Shown piece by piece: positions 36,959-46,626 of a stretch of DNA of 64,000 nt (positions within the stretch are counted from its first letter, which is position 1; each line of letters starts with the position of its first letter). The stretch comes from Candidatus Micrarchaeota archaeon (GTDB lineage Archaea > Micrarchaeota > Micrarchaeia > Anstonellales > Bilamarchaeaceae): the NCBI GenBank assembly GCA_038046805.1, contig JBBSVO010000006.1:196452-260451 (forward strand). The letters are read 5' to 3'. The position numbers and the translations under genes are program-made. A model generated the notes under the pieces. It was not told where the DNA came from. It did no database searches and was given only the letters and a program-made list of their open reading frames with translations.

Positions 36959-37234
36959 ATGCAAAAATCAATTCAAGAAATAATACATTATCCAAGGCTT
37001 GATACGGTTATAATGGTAGAAGAAGCTATCAAAAAAGCAAGGGAATACCCGACAAAAGCGGCGCTTCTAAGAAGTCTTAAGAAGAAAGTAATGTATCAAA
37101 CTTTTCTTGTCATACTGGGTTATTTGGAAGAATCAAATAAAATACATGTAGATAAACGGGATGGTCGGGTCGTGTGGATATGGAATCCCAAGGGCGTGGA
37201 TGATATTCTCTCTTGCAATCTGGTGGCAAGATGA
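36959..37234 (+). CDS. Putative antitoxin / small wHTH protein
   Basis: AGGTGAT SD. ATGA-coupled to a RelE-like gene. Confidence 0.65.
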   Translation: MQKSIQEIIHYPRLDTVIMVEEAIKKAREYPTKAALLRSLKKKVMYQTFLVILGYLEESNKIHVDKRDGRVVWIWNPKGVDDILSCNLVAR

Positions 37235-37566
37235 TAAAAGAAAACATGGTCGGATTTGCAGACGAGAAAATAAAACGGGCATTTCTTGATCTTAATCAGG
37301 GAAAAGGTGCAGAGCAGCAATTATGCGAGTTTCTGAATCGCGCATTTGATGACCTTAAATTTAATCCGTTCTGCGGAATAAAAATCCCAAAAACGCTCTG
37401 GCCAAAGGAGTATGTTCGAAAATATTCAATTGATAATCTTTGGAAGTACGATCTTCCTGATGGCTGGAGATTGGTTTATACAATACGTGCCAATCAGGTA
37501 ACTATTCTTACGGTGGTCCTAGAATGGTTTGATCATAAAGAGTACGAACGGAGATTCAACTACTAG
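37231..37566 (+). CDS. RelE/ParE-superfamily toxin
   Basis: L..NPF.G...NLWKYDLPDGWRLVYTI...EWFDHKEYERRF. Confidence 0.75.
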   Translation: MIKENMVGFADEKIKRAFLDLNQGKGAEQQLCEFLNRAFDDLKFNPFCGIKIPKTLWPKEYVRKYSIDNLWKYDLPDGWRLVYTIRANQVTILTVVLEWFDHKEYERRFNY

Positions 37567-37614
37567 AACCGCGTGAGCAAATGATTTTAATCGGTTGCCT
37601 ACCAATTCTTTATC

Positions 37615-38739
37615 GTGAAAATCGCTATTATTTCTGATACTCATTTGGGTTATGCCCGTTTTGAGGATGATGCAGCCGAGCAGGCAGAATCAGCATTTCT
37701 TGATGCAGCAAAAAAAGCAGATCTTATTCTTTACGCCGGAGATGTTTTTGACGTGAAAGTCCCGCGTTTGGAAACAATGAGGCACGCGGTTGACATGCTC
37801 AGGAAAGCAGGCGCGTCCAGAGTTCCAATCTACGCAATCCACGGAAACCACGAAAGAAGAAGCAAGGACATGGTTAATCCTGTTCAGCTCTTGGCGACTG
37901 TTGGGGTTCTCAATTACCTGCACGCAAGCGGAACAATTTTTGAAAAAAATAATGAAAGGATTTTCATTTTCGGGATGGGGAGCGTGCCAGAGGATTTAGC
38001 CGCAACTGCATTGAAGACCGCGGTAGGGCGGGTTGAAGTGCCGAGTGGAATGCTTAGAATTCTTATGCTTCACCAGACTATAAAGGATTTTTCGCTTGGG
38101 GGAGAGGACGATCTCACGATGGATGAAATTTCAGGCCTACCTTTTGACTTAATTGTGAACGGACACATCCACAAGACGATAATTAATAACGAAGAAAATA
38201 TGTTAATCCCGGGAAGTACTGTCATCACCCAGCTTAAGGAGGATGAAACTGCCCCGCGCGGGTACATACTTTATGATACCTCTTCCAAAAAACCAGAATT
38301 TGTTGAAATCCCGCACCGAAAGTTTCTTTACGCGGAATTGAAATTCTCTTCTGCGAGTATGGTTGAAGTGCGAAATGTAGTAATTGAGAAGCTTGCGGAA
38401 CTGAAAAAATTGGCAGATGGGGCGAAAAAACAACCAATAATTCGCATAAAACTTTCTGGAACTCTTAAGGAAGGAATCCGTCCATCAGATTTATTCATCT
38501 CAGCAGATGGGGCATTTATAGATAATCAGTTGAACCGTAACGATGCGGGGATGAAACTTTCTCTTCCTTCCACTCCATCCGGAAGAACCGGAACAGTAAC
38601 TGAAATAGCAATTTCTCTTCTGCGGAATAAAATCGGGGACAAAATGAAGCTGCTGGATCCAGCAATACTTTTTGATAAAGTTTCTGGCGATGTTGAATCT
38701 GCAGCGGAATATGTAAACTCAGCCGGTAATTCTCAATAA
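37615..38739 (+). CDS. mre11: Mre11/SbcD DNA repair nuclease
   Basis: ISDTHLG, AGDVFD, IHGNHE, LHQ, NGHIH, PGS. Confidence 0.88.
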   Translation: MKIAIISDTHLGYARFEDDAAEQAESAFLDAAKKADLILYAGDVFDVKVPRLETMRHAVDMLRKAGASRVPIYAIHGNHERRSKDMVNPVQLLATVGVLNYLHASGTIFEKNNERIFIFGMGSVPEDLAATALKTAVGRVEVPSGMLRILMLHQTIKDFSLGGEDDLTMDEISGLPFDLIVNGHIHKTIINNEENMLIPGSTVITQLKEDETAPRGYILYDTSSKKPEFVEIPHRKFLYAELKFSSASMVEVRNVVIEKLAELKKLADGAKKQPIIRIKLSGTLKEGIRPSDLFISADGAFIDNQLNRNDAGMKLSLPSTPSGRTGTVTEIAISLLRNKIGDKMKLLDPAILFDKVSGDVESAAEYVNSAGNSQ

Positions 38740-39831
38740 TGCATCTGCAAACTCCTTTGCATTTGCAGCGCTTTTCAAAGAAACATCCGAGAAATGGGTT
38801 CTCATGGTTTTGAATCCAAGTGAATTCAATTCTTCAATTATCTTGCTCATTTTCGGAACGCTCTTCATGGAAATTCTTCTGCACATCCTGTGAACATTGT
38901 AATATCCAGGTGGCATTTCAATTTCTCCTTCAATCAGTGCCAGAATTTTTTCTATCTCTTCAATATCCTCATAATCTTTTTTTCCGTTGAGTTTTCGCAT
39001 TTTTGAGAGTGTTTCTCCGTCGTTTAGCCTCCCAATCCACAGTGGTCCACCCCATCTGGTTTCATTTCCGCAGTTTCCGCATTTTTCAATTATTTTTCCC
39101 CAACTTTCTCTCCACCCACATTTTTCGCAATAAGAAATATAACCAAAGTTCCTTATGTTTTCGTCACTTTTTGCCGCACTACTTTCGCACTTTACAATGA
39201 CCTTGAGATAATGCCTGTCGGAAAGAGAAACGAGCGGACTTATTCCAAAATTAAATTCCGAGGCTGCCTCGGCAATTCTCCTAATCAGAATCCGCAATCC
39301 GTTTTCGTGCGTAAACTCATTATTCAGGCTTTTTGCATGATAGTTCTTTAGACAAGCGGTCTTCTCATGGCCGCACAGGACGGCAGTATCTGTTGCAGTA
39401 GCGGATAGATAAAATGTTTTCGTTCCGCTCTGGTTCATGCGGAAGAATACCGCGAATAAATAGGGGGCAGGTGTTCCAAAAGGATCAAGTTCTATGAAGT
39501 TAAATTCAAAGTCTGTTGCATCAGCCACGAGAAATTTTACTATATCATCATTCACAATTTTTGCCTTTCTTGCCGATATTTTGTTTTTTGCCGCATTCTT
39601 TTTTGCAAGTGCAATTGCATTTTTGCTCCAGTCAAGGAAAGTAACAGAACTTACGTTCTTGTTTTCTTTCGCATATCGTATTCCGCGTATTCCGCTTGCG
39701 CAGAATCCATCCAGCACATTAAGTTTTTCTCCAATTGCACCAACTGCAAGGGAGCTGAAGCTGCGGCAGAATCGCATCTCTGGATTGTAGAATATTTTAT
39801 CTGCTGAGAATATTTTGCTTTCTTCTTCCAT
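38719..39831 (-). CDS. trm1: tRNA (guanine-26-N2)-dimethyltransferase
   Basis: FYNPEM..CR, ASGIRGIRY, LDPFGTP, TATD.A.LCG, GPLW.G. Confidence 0.93.
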   Translation of the reverse strand: MEEESKIFSADKIFYNPEMRFCRSFSSLAVGAIGEKLNVLDGFCASGIRGIRYAKENKNVSSVTFLDWSKNAIALAKKNAAKNKISARKAKIVNDDIVKFLVADATDFEFNFIELDPFGTPAPYLFAVFFRMNQSGTKTFYLSATATDTAVLCGHEKTACLKNYHAKSLNNEFTHENGLRILIRRIAEAASEFNFGISPLVSLSDRHYLKVIVKCESSAAKSDENIRNFGYISYCEKCGWRESWGKIIEKCGNCGNETRWGGPLWIGRLNDGETLSKMRKLNGKKDYEDIEEIEKILALIEGEIEMPPGYYNVHRMCRRISMKSVPKMSKIIEELNSLGFKTMRTHFSDVSLKSAANAKEFADALLRITG

Positions 39832-39843
39832 ATTTCTCACGTT

Positions 39844-41091
39844 TTATTTTTCTTCATCAATAAATTCTCTCATTGCAACCGTTGCATAGCTTCCTGCCTG
39901 TAGTGAGAACGTAAATATGCCAGCAATATTATCTTCTTCATCGGTCTTCATATCAAATTCGAAATCCTTTAACGGTGCAAGAAGCGTTCTCAAACTTCCG
40001 TTAGAGCTTATTTCCGGGATTTTCTTCACACGAAAATCGCTTCTTCTGATTCCAAGTTCCTGCAATACTCTTTCCTCGCGTTCGTTTGTTTCTGTTTCAT
40101 AACCGATTAGTTTGCCGACAATATATCTGCCTTCGTCAGTATCTTTTTTATTTATATCCGGAAATCCGAATTCGTTTTCTCCGCAAAAATATTCCCCCTC
40201 TTCGCAGGATATTTCTCCATTCTTTATCCGTTCTGAAATGCAAATGTTAAATATATAGCTTTGTAACGCATGAACAAACATCAAAAGGATATTACGCGGC
40301 AATCTTCTAAGTGCTCCGATATAATCTTCCGGAGTTTCTGCCAAATGTGCAAGCATTGAGCGTTCAAGACGGAGGTGTTTTGGAAAGTTTTTCAGCGCAG
40401 CGGCGTAATCTTCTGTCTCAAGCAATTGTTTTCTTGCCGTGCTTGCAGAATCATTTTTCTCTCCATCCGAGTTTGTCAGGTATTCGGTTACTGCCCCCTC
40501 AAAATCTCCTTTTACAATCCGTTCGCCAATCCTGTGCGTATTCTTTCGCGTGCTTCCGAATCTCTGCTCGCCAAAGTAATTCGGAAATTTTCCATTCAAC
40601 TCGGAGTAGATATCCTTTACGGTTTCTTCAGCGTCTTTCTTATTTTCGCCTTCTTTTTTTATTCCGCTCACGCGAATCCTGAATCTGTTACCAAGAAGAG
40701 CGCCAAGATTTACCTTCTCGCTTGCAGACCACGCGCCATTTATGGAAATATCCTTTATCCTAAGTTCGCGCACCTTTTCGGGCGGAATTCCAAAAACAGA
40801 AACAAGCTGAGTAGTAATCGCGTTCTTGTCCTTTGTTCCTGCGAAATTGAAACGAGTTTGGCTAACGTGCAGCCTACTCGCAATTTCCTTTATTGCATCT
40901 GCCGTGCTCCAATTTGTTTTTTGAAGAACGAATTGCGTAAATTTTCCATTAGTTTCACTGGTTCGCTCAACAATCCGGTCCAATTCCAATATTGTTTCGT
41001 CCTCGCATATCTCCTCGACAACGAAGTCTTCAGGAGTACTCTTTAGTTGTCCTCCCAAACCACTAATTTTTGATCTATAACTGAGATTCAT
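39844..41091 (-). CDS. truD: tRNA pseudouridine(13) synthase
   Basis: PEDFVVEE, AGTKDKNAITTQ, GNRF, PNYFGEQRFG, GSYATV. Confidence 0.95.
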   Translation of the reverse strand: MNLSYRSKISGLGGQLKSTPEDFVVEEICEDETILELDRIVERTSETNGKFTQFVLQKTNWSTADAIKEIASRLHVSQTRFNFAGTKDKNAITTQLVSVFGIPPEKVRELRIKDISINGAWSASEKVNLGALLGNRFRIRVSGIKKEGENKKDAEETVKDIYSELNGKFPNYFGEQRFGSTRKNTHRIGERIVKGDFEGAVTEYLTNSDGEKNDSASTARKQLLETEDYAAALKNFPKHLRLERSMLAHLAETPEDYIGALRRLPRNILLMFVHALQSYIFNICISERIKNGEISCEEGEYFCGENEFGFPDINKKDTDEGRYIVGKLIGYETETNEREERVLQELGIRRSDFRVKKIPEISSNGSLRTLLAPLKDFEFDMKTDEEDNIAGIFTFSLQAGSYATVAMREFIDEEK

Positions 41092-41197
41092 ATCAATACC
41101 TATCCTGTTTTTTCGAACAAACTGTTTATTTGCTCTTGTTTCCCCAGAACTTTCATTTGTAAACATTTAAAAACACCATTCCCCCATTAATATTTGC

Positions 41198-42325
41198 ATG
41201 GCTCATGTTCGTGCACCAGTTCAGGTTGCAGCTATGCAACTAGCATCTAGTCGAGGGGTTGGCAGTACTTTGGGTGGCCGTACTTTAAGGGATTATATTT
41301 CTGCCCCACCAGTCAATGGCAATTTCGCAGAATTATTCCGTCTTTTTGTTATTGCAGCCGCTCATGAGGTTAATAATTCCGTGTGTTCATTCACTTATTC
41401 AGAATCTGATCCTCCAGATATTCGGGAAAAAGCATTTCGCCTCATTAATTCACTCAAGCGTCTTGAAACGCTTTCTACTATCGCACAAGGTAAGGCGGGT
41501 CTTTTTGCCGGACCATGCCTTTCTGATGCCGAGTGGCTTCGTCTACATCCTTCTATTACGCTTGCACAATTGGGTTCTGATCGAAGATATATCGTTGATC
41601 CACAGGCAGTGAGACAATTTGGTTTGGAGGAAGTTCGCTCATTCCGAACAGCATTATTTGATTTTGCCTCTTCGGTAGAAGAGAAAATGGACTCTATCCG
41701 GGATGTCTTAAAGCCAAATTTTGAACGTGCAGTTCGCTTTGGCAAGCTGCTTTCAAATACTCTGGAAAAGCTAATGCAAGGAAATCTTGATCTAGATTGT
41801 GAGCTTGAAACAAAGCCAGTTTGTAATGCGTATACTCTTTGCACTGCTATGGTAAGAGATTGTGGTTTAAACGTTCAAGATTCAGTTCAGTTATCTCCAG
41901 AATCCTCAGCCAGATTGGTCTCCCTCAATCCCATGTTTCTTGCGCTTATTGTTTCCAATATTACTTCCAATGCAAAGCGTGCTATGGAACCTGCAGGAAC
42001 TGAAGGAGTCCTTCAATTAACCACTACTGTTTGCGATTCAGTTGTTCGTTTTGAGTTTGCTGACAATGGTTGTGGGATGTCTGAAGAAGTTCTTGCCAAA
42101 ATCAATTCCGGTATTCCGGTTTCTACAAAAGCAACTCCTACTACCTCAGATTCGGAGCAACACGGAGTCGGAATTGCTTATTGCAGGGTCTTGGCAGAAA
42201 AAATGGGCGGAAGACTTTATGTAAGTGAGAGTTATACCGACGGTCCACAACGAGGTTCTAAAATAGTGCTTGAGCTCCCTCTTTCTAGTGCTTCGTTTAC
42301 TCAGTCTCCCATCCGTGCTTGTTAA
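41198..42325 (+). CDS. Orphan cytoplasmic histidine kinase-like protein (HATPase_c)
   Basis: H-box AHEVNN, N-box NITSNA, G1 DNGCGM, G2 GVGIA. Confidence 0.75.
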   Translation: MAHVRAPVQVAAMQLASSRGVGSTLGGRTLRDYISAPPVNGNFAELFRLFVIAAAHEVNNSVCSFTYSESDPPDIREKAFRLINSLKRLETLSTIAQGKAGLFAGPCLSDAEWLRLHPSITLAQLGSDRRYIVDPQAVRQFGLEEVRSFRTALFDFASSVEEKMDSIRDVLKPNFERAVRFGKLLSNTLEKLMQGNLDLDCELETKPVCNAYTLCTAMVRDCGLNVQDSVQLSPESSARLVSLNPMFLALIVSNITSNAKRAMEPAGTEGVLQLTTTVCDSVVRFEFADNGCGMSEEVLAKINSGIPVSTKATPTTSDSEQHGVGIAYCRVLAEKMGGRLYVSESYTDGPQRGSKIVLELPLSSASFTQSPIRAC

Positions 42326-44121
42326 ATCCCAATTAAATTCAGCACCCTGAACACCAATCCGCCAAGCAGGATTGCAAACACAAGTTCAAATGCAGTAATT
42401 CCAAGTGCCTTTCCAAGTCCAAATTCCCTTCTAAGTGCTTCTATGGTTGCAAGGCATGGGACGTAAAACAGTGTGACTACAGTTAGAACGACCATCTGCA
42501 CCGGAGTCATTATCGCAGACAGGTCTGTAGTTGCGTATAACACAGCTGGCAACACTACAATAAGCTCTTTCCTAACTATTCCGAACAGCAGAAGCGTTGC
42601 CGCATACGCAGGAAGTCCTAGCCAGCCTTCTGTTATTGGTGCAAAAGCGCTGTTTAGCATGTCAAATGTCCCCGCAAGATACGCGGCTGCAAAGACCAAT
42701 CCACCAATCATATAATACGGGAATACAACTACGAGTATTGATTTTATTTTCCACCAGGTGTGCTTCAGGACCGCGCTCGGGGACGGGACCCTGTATGGTG
42801 GCATCTCCATTATCAATCCCATCGGCTCGCCTGGTAATGCCTTGAAAGCAATCTTTGCCAGAATCGCGATAACTACAAGATTGAATATGTATATTCCAAT
42901 AGCCCATTCGGCACCAAGATATGCCCCTACAAGTGCAAGGATTACGACTGTTCTTGCAGTGCATGGGATAAGGGTTATTGCAAATGCAGTTACTAGTCTG
43001 TCTCGATCATATTCCATTATCCTGCAGCCAAAGCACGCGGGAACGTTGCATCCATACCCAAGAATTATTGGGATTATCGCCTTTCCATGGAATCCGATCT
43101 TGTGGGCAATCCCATCGAGCAGATATGCGATTCTTGTTATGTATCCGGTGTCTTCAAGTATAGAAAGCAGAAGATAAAACGGAATTGCGTATGGAATGAC
43201 AAGTGTAATTCCCGCAACAAGTCCGCCGAACAATCCCTCCCATAATAGTTTTGTAGTTAAATCAGTAGCCTGCGGCTTAAATGTGTTGAAAAATTCCGAG
43301 ATTGCCGTAGAGACCGTGCCGCCAAATGCGAATATCGAGTAAAATACTACCCCCATCACTGCAAGCATTATTATATATCCTAAGAATCTGTGCGTAGTAA
43401 GTTCGTCCAGTTTATCTACGAGCAGTTCCTTTGGTTCGGTTATTTTCATCACTTTTCTTGCGATTCTACCCGCGGCGAGGTATCTTTCATCGGTGTTCGT
43501 CTTTTTCTTTTTAGTTCTGATTTTGGATATTTTTTTCCTTTTTAGGCCGGACGTAATTGTGCATAATGTAAGCAGTTTACTTACTCCTACCCCTGTTGTA
43601 GCAATCGTTTTCACAATTGGAATTCCGAGTGTTTTCGAGAGCTTTCTTTCATCTATGAAAATCCCCCGCTTCTTTGCACCATCACTTTGGTTGAGCGCTA
43701 CAACGACGGGTGCACCAAGTTCAAGAAGCTGGAGAGTAAAAAATAAGTTCCTTTCAAGGGCACAGCTATCCACCACATTGATAACTATGTCTGGTTTAGT
43801 TTCTTCTATGTATTCTCTGGTTATCTTTTCCTCGGTTGAGAACGTTGAAAGGGAATATATCCCGGGCAAATCTACGATATCTATTTCATAATCCTTGTAG
43901 CACAGGCTTCCTTCTGCCATTTCCACTGTTTTTCCAGGCCAGTTTGCAACATGTTGGTGTAGTCCTGTCAAGTAGTTGAACAGCGCGCTTTTACCCACGT
44001 TCGCGTTTCCGGCAAGTGCAATCCGAATTTTTTTCGTGCTGCACACCGCCTCGGTTTTTGGAGTTTTTCCTGTCTGGCCGTATCCGCAGCATGATTCACC
44101 AAATCTGTTCAAGAGCACCAT
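42322..44121 (-). CDS. feoB: Ferrous iron transporter FeoB
   Basis: GNANVGKS, NWPGKTVE, DLPGIYSL, LEDTGY..R, GYGCNVP, YVPC.AT. Confidence 0.95.
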   Translation of the reverse strand: MVLLNRFGESCCGYGQTGKTPKTEAVCSTKKIRIALAGNANVGKSALFNYLTGLHQHVANWPGKTVEMAEGSLCYKDYEIDIVDLPGIYSLSTFSTEEKITREYIEETKPDIVINVVDSCALERNLFFTLQLLELGAPVVVALNQSDGAKKRGIFIDERKLSKTLGIPIVKTIATTGVGVSKLLTLCTITSGLKRKKISKIRTKKKKTNTDERYLAAGRIARKVMKITEPKELLVDKLDELTTHRFLGYIIMLAVMGVVFYSIFAFGGTVSTAISEFFNTFKPQATDLTTKLLWEGLFGGLVAGITLVIPYAIPFYLLLSILEDTGYITRIAYLLDGIAHKIGFHGKAIIPIILGYGCNVPACFGCRIMEYDRDRLVTAFAITLIPCTARTVVILALVGAYLGAEWAIGIYIFNLVVIAILAKIAFKALPGEPMGLIMEMPPYRVPSPSAVLKHTWWKIKSILVVVFPYYMIGGLVFAAAYLAGTFDMLNSAFAPITEGWLGLPAYAATLLLFGIVRKELIVVLPAVLYATTDLSAIMTPVQMVVLTVVTLFYVPCLATIEALRREFGLGKALGITAFELVFAILLGGLVFRVLNLIGI

Positions 44122-44130
44122 TTTTTCATC

Positions 44131-44724
44131 TCACTTTACGAAGATTCTCGCAGCGAGTTTTCTGCCTATTGCAAGGTGCGTTCCACGCACTGAGATTTCT
44201 ACCGGTCCTTTGAACGGCGCTGCCTTTGTGATCGTGACCTGTGTGCCAGTTGTTAATCCCATATCTCTAAGTCTCTGTGCGGATTTTTTATCAGTCATTA
44301 TCCCTAATATCTTCGTCTTTGCGCCAACATGCAAATTTGCCAGAGGGACTCCATTTTGCGCCAGAAGTTTTTTTATTCCTTTTTCTACGTCGTCTGGAAT
44401 TGCATGTTCAAGAACGCATGCCTTTTCATGAACTCTTCGTTTTATTCCGATTAATCCAAGAAATCGTTCCATTAACCGGTGTTTTCGGGTTACCTTCTCC
44501 CCGATTTTTCCCCCTTTTTTCGTAAGCTTTGCACCGTAATATGGTTTGTATATTAGTAGTCCTCGTTTTTCAAGTTTTTTCAACATCTCGCTTACGCTGG
44601 CAGGCTTTACATTTAATTCTCTGGCAATAGCGATTGCCTTTGCGCTTTCCTTCTTTTCCTTTTTCCGGTAAATCGCCTCAAGGTATTCTTCCATCTCCTC
44701 GCTCAGAAATTCCTGTTCAACCAT
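44131..44724 (-). CDS. DtxR/MntR-family metal-dependent repressor with FeoA domain
   Basis: EEYLEAIY, V.PASVSEM, RKHRL.E.FL, ACVLEH. C-terminal RLRDMGL..G...APFKGP FeoA. Confidence 0.92.
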   Translation of the reverse strand: MVEQEFLSEEMEEYLEAIYRKKEKKESAKAIAIARELNVKPASVSEMLKKLEKRGLLIYKPYYGAKLTKKGGKIGEKVTRKHRLMERFLGLIGIKRRVHEKACVLEHAIPDDVEKGIKKLLAQNGVPLANLHVGAKTKILGIMTDKKSAQRLRDMGLTTGTQVTITKAAPFKGPVEISVRGTHLAIGRKLAARIFVK

Positions 44725-44784
44725 AAAAATTTCACCATAAATTTTTATATTTGAAATTTTCTCTTAAAAATTTCAATCCATAAA

Positions 44785-44804
44785 TGTTTAGGTGTGCCTA
44801 AACA
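44785..44804. promoter_or_regulatory. DtxR-type operator
   Basis: Palindrome TGTTTAGG-TGTG-CCTAAACA fits the TTAGG-N4-CCTAA consensus and lies immediately downstream of the minus-strand TATA box. Confidence 0.8.
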
Positions 44805-44856
44805 AATTTAAAGCTACTGGATTCGGGCTACTAGTTACTGGCAAACCATTCGATCG

Positions 44857-45426
44857 CTATTTCATCGCCTTTATCAGGTCTGCCCTTGTGATTATTCCAC
44901 TTACCTTGCTCCCGTTTTTTACCAAAACTGCCTTGTAGAATTTGAGCATACTGGTTACCAGTTCCATTTCTGCGTTTTCTGGGACTGACGGAAATCCGCT
45001 TTCCATTACTTCCGTTACTGCGACCTTTCCCGCCTTTTCCCTATATTTTTCTATCCATCCTGCGAACATACTGTCAGATATGCTTCCAACTGGTATCCCC
45101 TGTTCGATCACCGGAAGCTGAGAGATGTCCTTACTTCTCATTATTTTCATTGCCTTTTCCAGCGTGTCTGTTGGTGCGACTCCTATAATTCCATGTGTCA
45201 TGATCTCCTTTGCTTTTCTTCCTTCGCGGTGCTGTTTTTTTCTGTTTTCCAATGCCTCAAATATCGCAATTACCTTGGAATATGCCGGATCAATCTTTCC
45301 GCTTTCTATTTTTGCAATAAGAGACTGGCTAACTCCGGATAATTTCGCGAGTTCGCTTTGCGTAAGCCCAAGTACTCTTCTTATTTCCCCTATCTTTTCT
45401 ATTCTCAAGTCGTGCACTATATTCAC
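44857..45426 (-). CDS. XRE-HTH + CBS domain transcriptional regulator
   Basis: GLTQSELAKLSGVSQSLIAKIESGKIDP plus tandem CBS (ISQLPV; GIITRADL). Confidence 0.92.
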   Translation of the reverse strand: MNIVHDLRIEKIGEIRRVLGLTQSELAKLSGVSQSLIAKIESGKIDPAYSKVIAIFEALENRKKQHREGRKAKEIMTHGIIGVAPTDTLEKAMKIMRSKDISQLPVIEQGIPVGSISDSMFAGWIEKYREKAGKVAVTEVMESGFPSVPENAEMELVTSMLKFYKAVLVKNGSKVSGIITRADLIKAMK

Positions 45427-45519
45427 CTCGTTTTCACTGTTTTTCTTTATTCCCTAAGGAATATTTATATCAGGAATATATAAATATCGGAATAATTTAA
45501 AAGGATTCTGGTGATAAAG

Positions 45520-46557
45520 ATGACCGTTTCAAAAACAAAAACTGATGGAAGTTGTGGAAGGAGTGCAGAATTTGCGGCAAGACGGGCGAGCGACTTTGAG
45601 AAAAGAAATCCGCTCATCTGCCTGGTTACGGATTATGGAAGGGACGAAGCACCCCATCTGGTAAGGTCTGCCATCCGTGCGATAAGGCCGGATGCGCGTA
45701 TAGAAGATGTAACGCATGAAATTCCCGCATTCAATATCCTAATCGGGGCATGGAGGCTTTCGCGGGTTGTGGGCACTCCGACTGAAGCAGAGGGTACTAT
45801 TTATGTTGCAGTAGTTGATCCAGGAGTTGGCGGGAATAGAAAAAGCCTGATAGTGCGGACAAACAACGGACAGTATCTGGTAGGACCGGATAACGGCCTG
45901 CTCTCGCTTGCATTTCAGGACAGCGGAATTGATTGCGCGGTTTCAATAGATAATCAGGAGCTGACTCTTCTGCGTTTTGCGAAATCCAGCACATTTGAAG
46001 GAAAGGACACGTTCGGTCCGGTTGCGGCTCATCTGGCAAATGGAGTCGGAATCTCGGAATTCGGAGAGCCGGTTGATCCGGCAGTGTTGAGGAGAATCTC
46101 GCTTGCTCCCCCGGGAACGGAGTCTGTGGATTCTCATTCAGGTTATCTTGTTGACATAGATAGCTTTGGAAATCTTAGAACGACTATCGGAAATGGCGCA
46201 ATAAATGGAGCCGATGGCGCGCGGGTAATTGTTTCCTGCAGGGGTTTCAAGAAGCTGGATGGGGTGTTCCGTCGCACGGGAGTCTGCAATTTTGAATCAG
46301 GCAAAGACGGGGATTTCCTGCTGGTGCACTCATCCACGGGGTTCCTTGATATTGCGCTAAACCAGGCGGATGCGAGCAAGAGATTAAGGATTGATTCGAA
46401 TGATATCAGTCTTCTCACTCGGAACGATGGGTTGCGGCCTTCTGCGGATATTCTTATTAGCACTGCGGCAAGAGATCTGAGGCCAGTTGACGATTCCAAA
46501 CCAGTCAGACCATCTCGAAGTGAAAGCCGTTGCACTGGCATTTCGGGTCTTGGATAG
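45520..46557 (+). CDS. SAM hydrolase/halogenase (DUF62) family protein
   Basis: TDYG, DVTHEI, VVDPGVG..R, GPDNGLL, STFEGKD.F, IDSFGN. Confidence 0.85.
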   Translation: MTVSKTKTDGSCGRSAEFAARRASDFEKRNPLICLVTDYGRDEAPHLVRSAIRAIRPDARIEDVTHEIPAFNILIGAWRLSRVVGTPTEAEGTIYVAVVDPGVGGNRKSLIVRTNNGQYLVGPDNGLLSLAFQDSGIDCAVSIDNQELTLLRFAKSSTFEGKDTFGPVAAHLANGVGISEFGEPVDPAVLRRISLAPPGTESVDSHSGYLVDIDSFGNLRTTIGNGAINGADGARVIVSCRGFKKLDGVFRRTGVCNFESGKDGDFLLVHSSTGFLDIALNQADASKRLRIDSNDISLLTRNDGLRPSADILISTAARDLRPVDDSKPVRPSRSESRCTGISGLG

Positions 46558-46626
46558 CCGGCGTATCCATTTAATAAATCTCAGGGGTAATAATGTGTTT
46601 ATATCATGCGTTTTTGAGGTGATCCC

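Noticed and set aside
36500..37600. Integrated element at tRNA-Ile
   Set aside because: No integrase and no duplicated tRNA 3' end (att site) seen.
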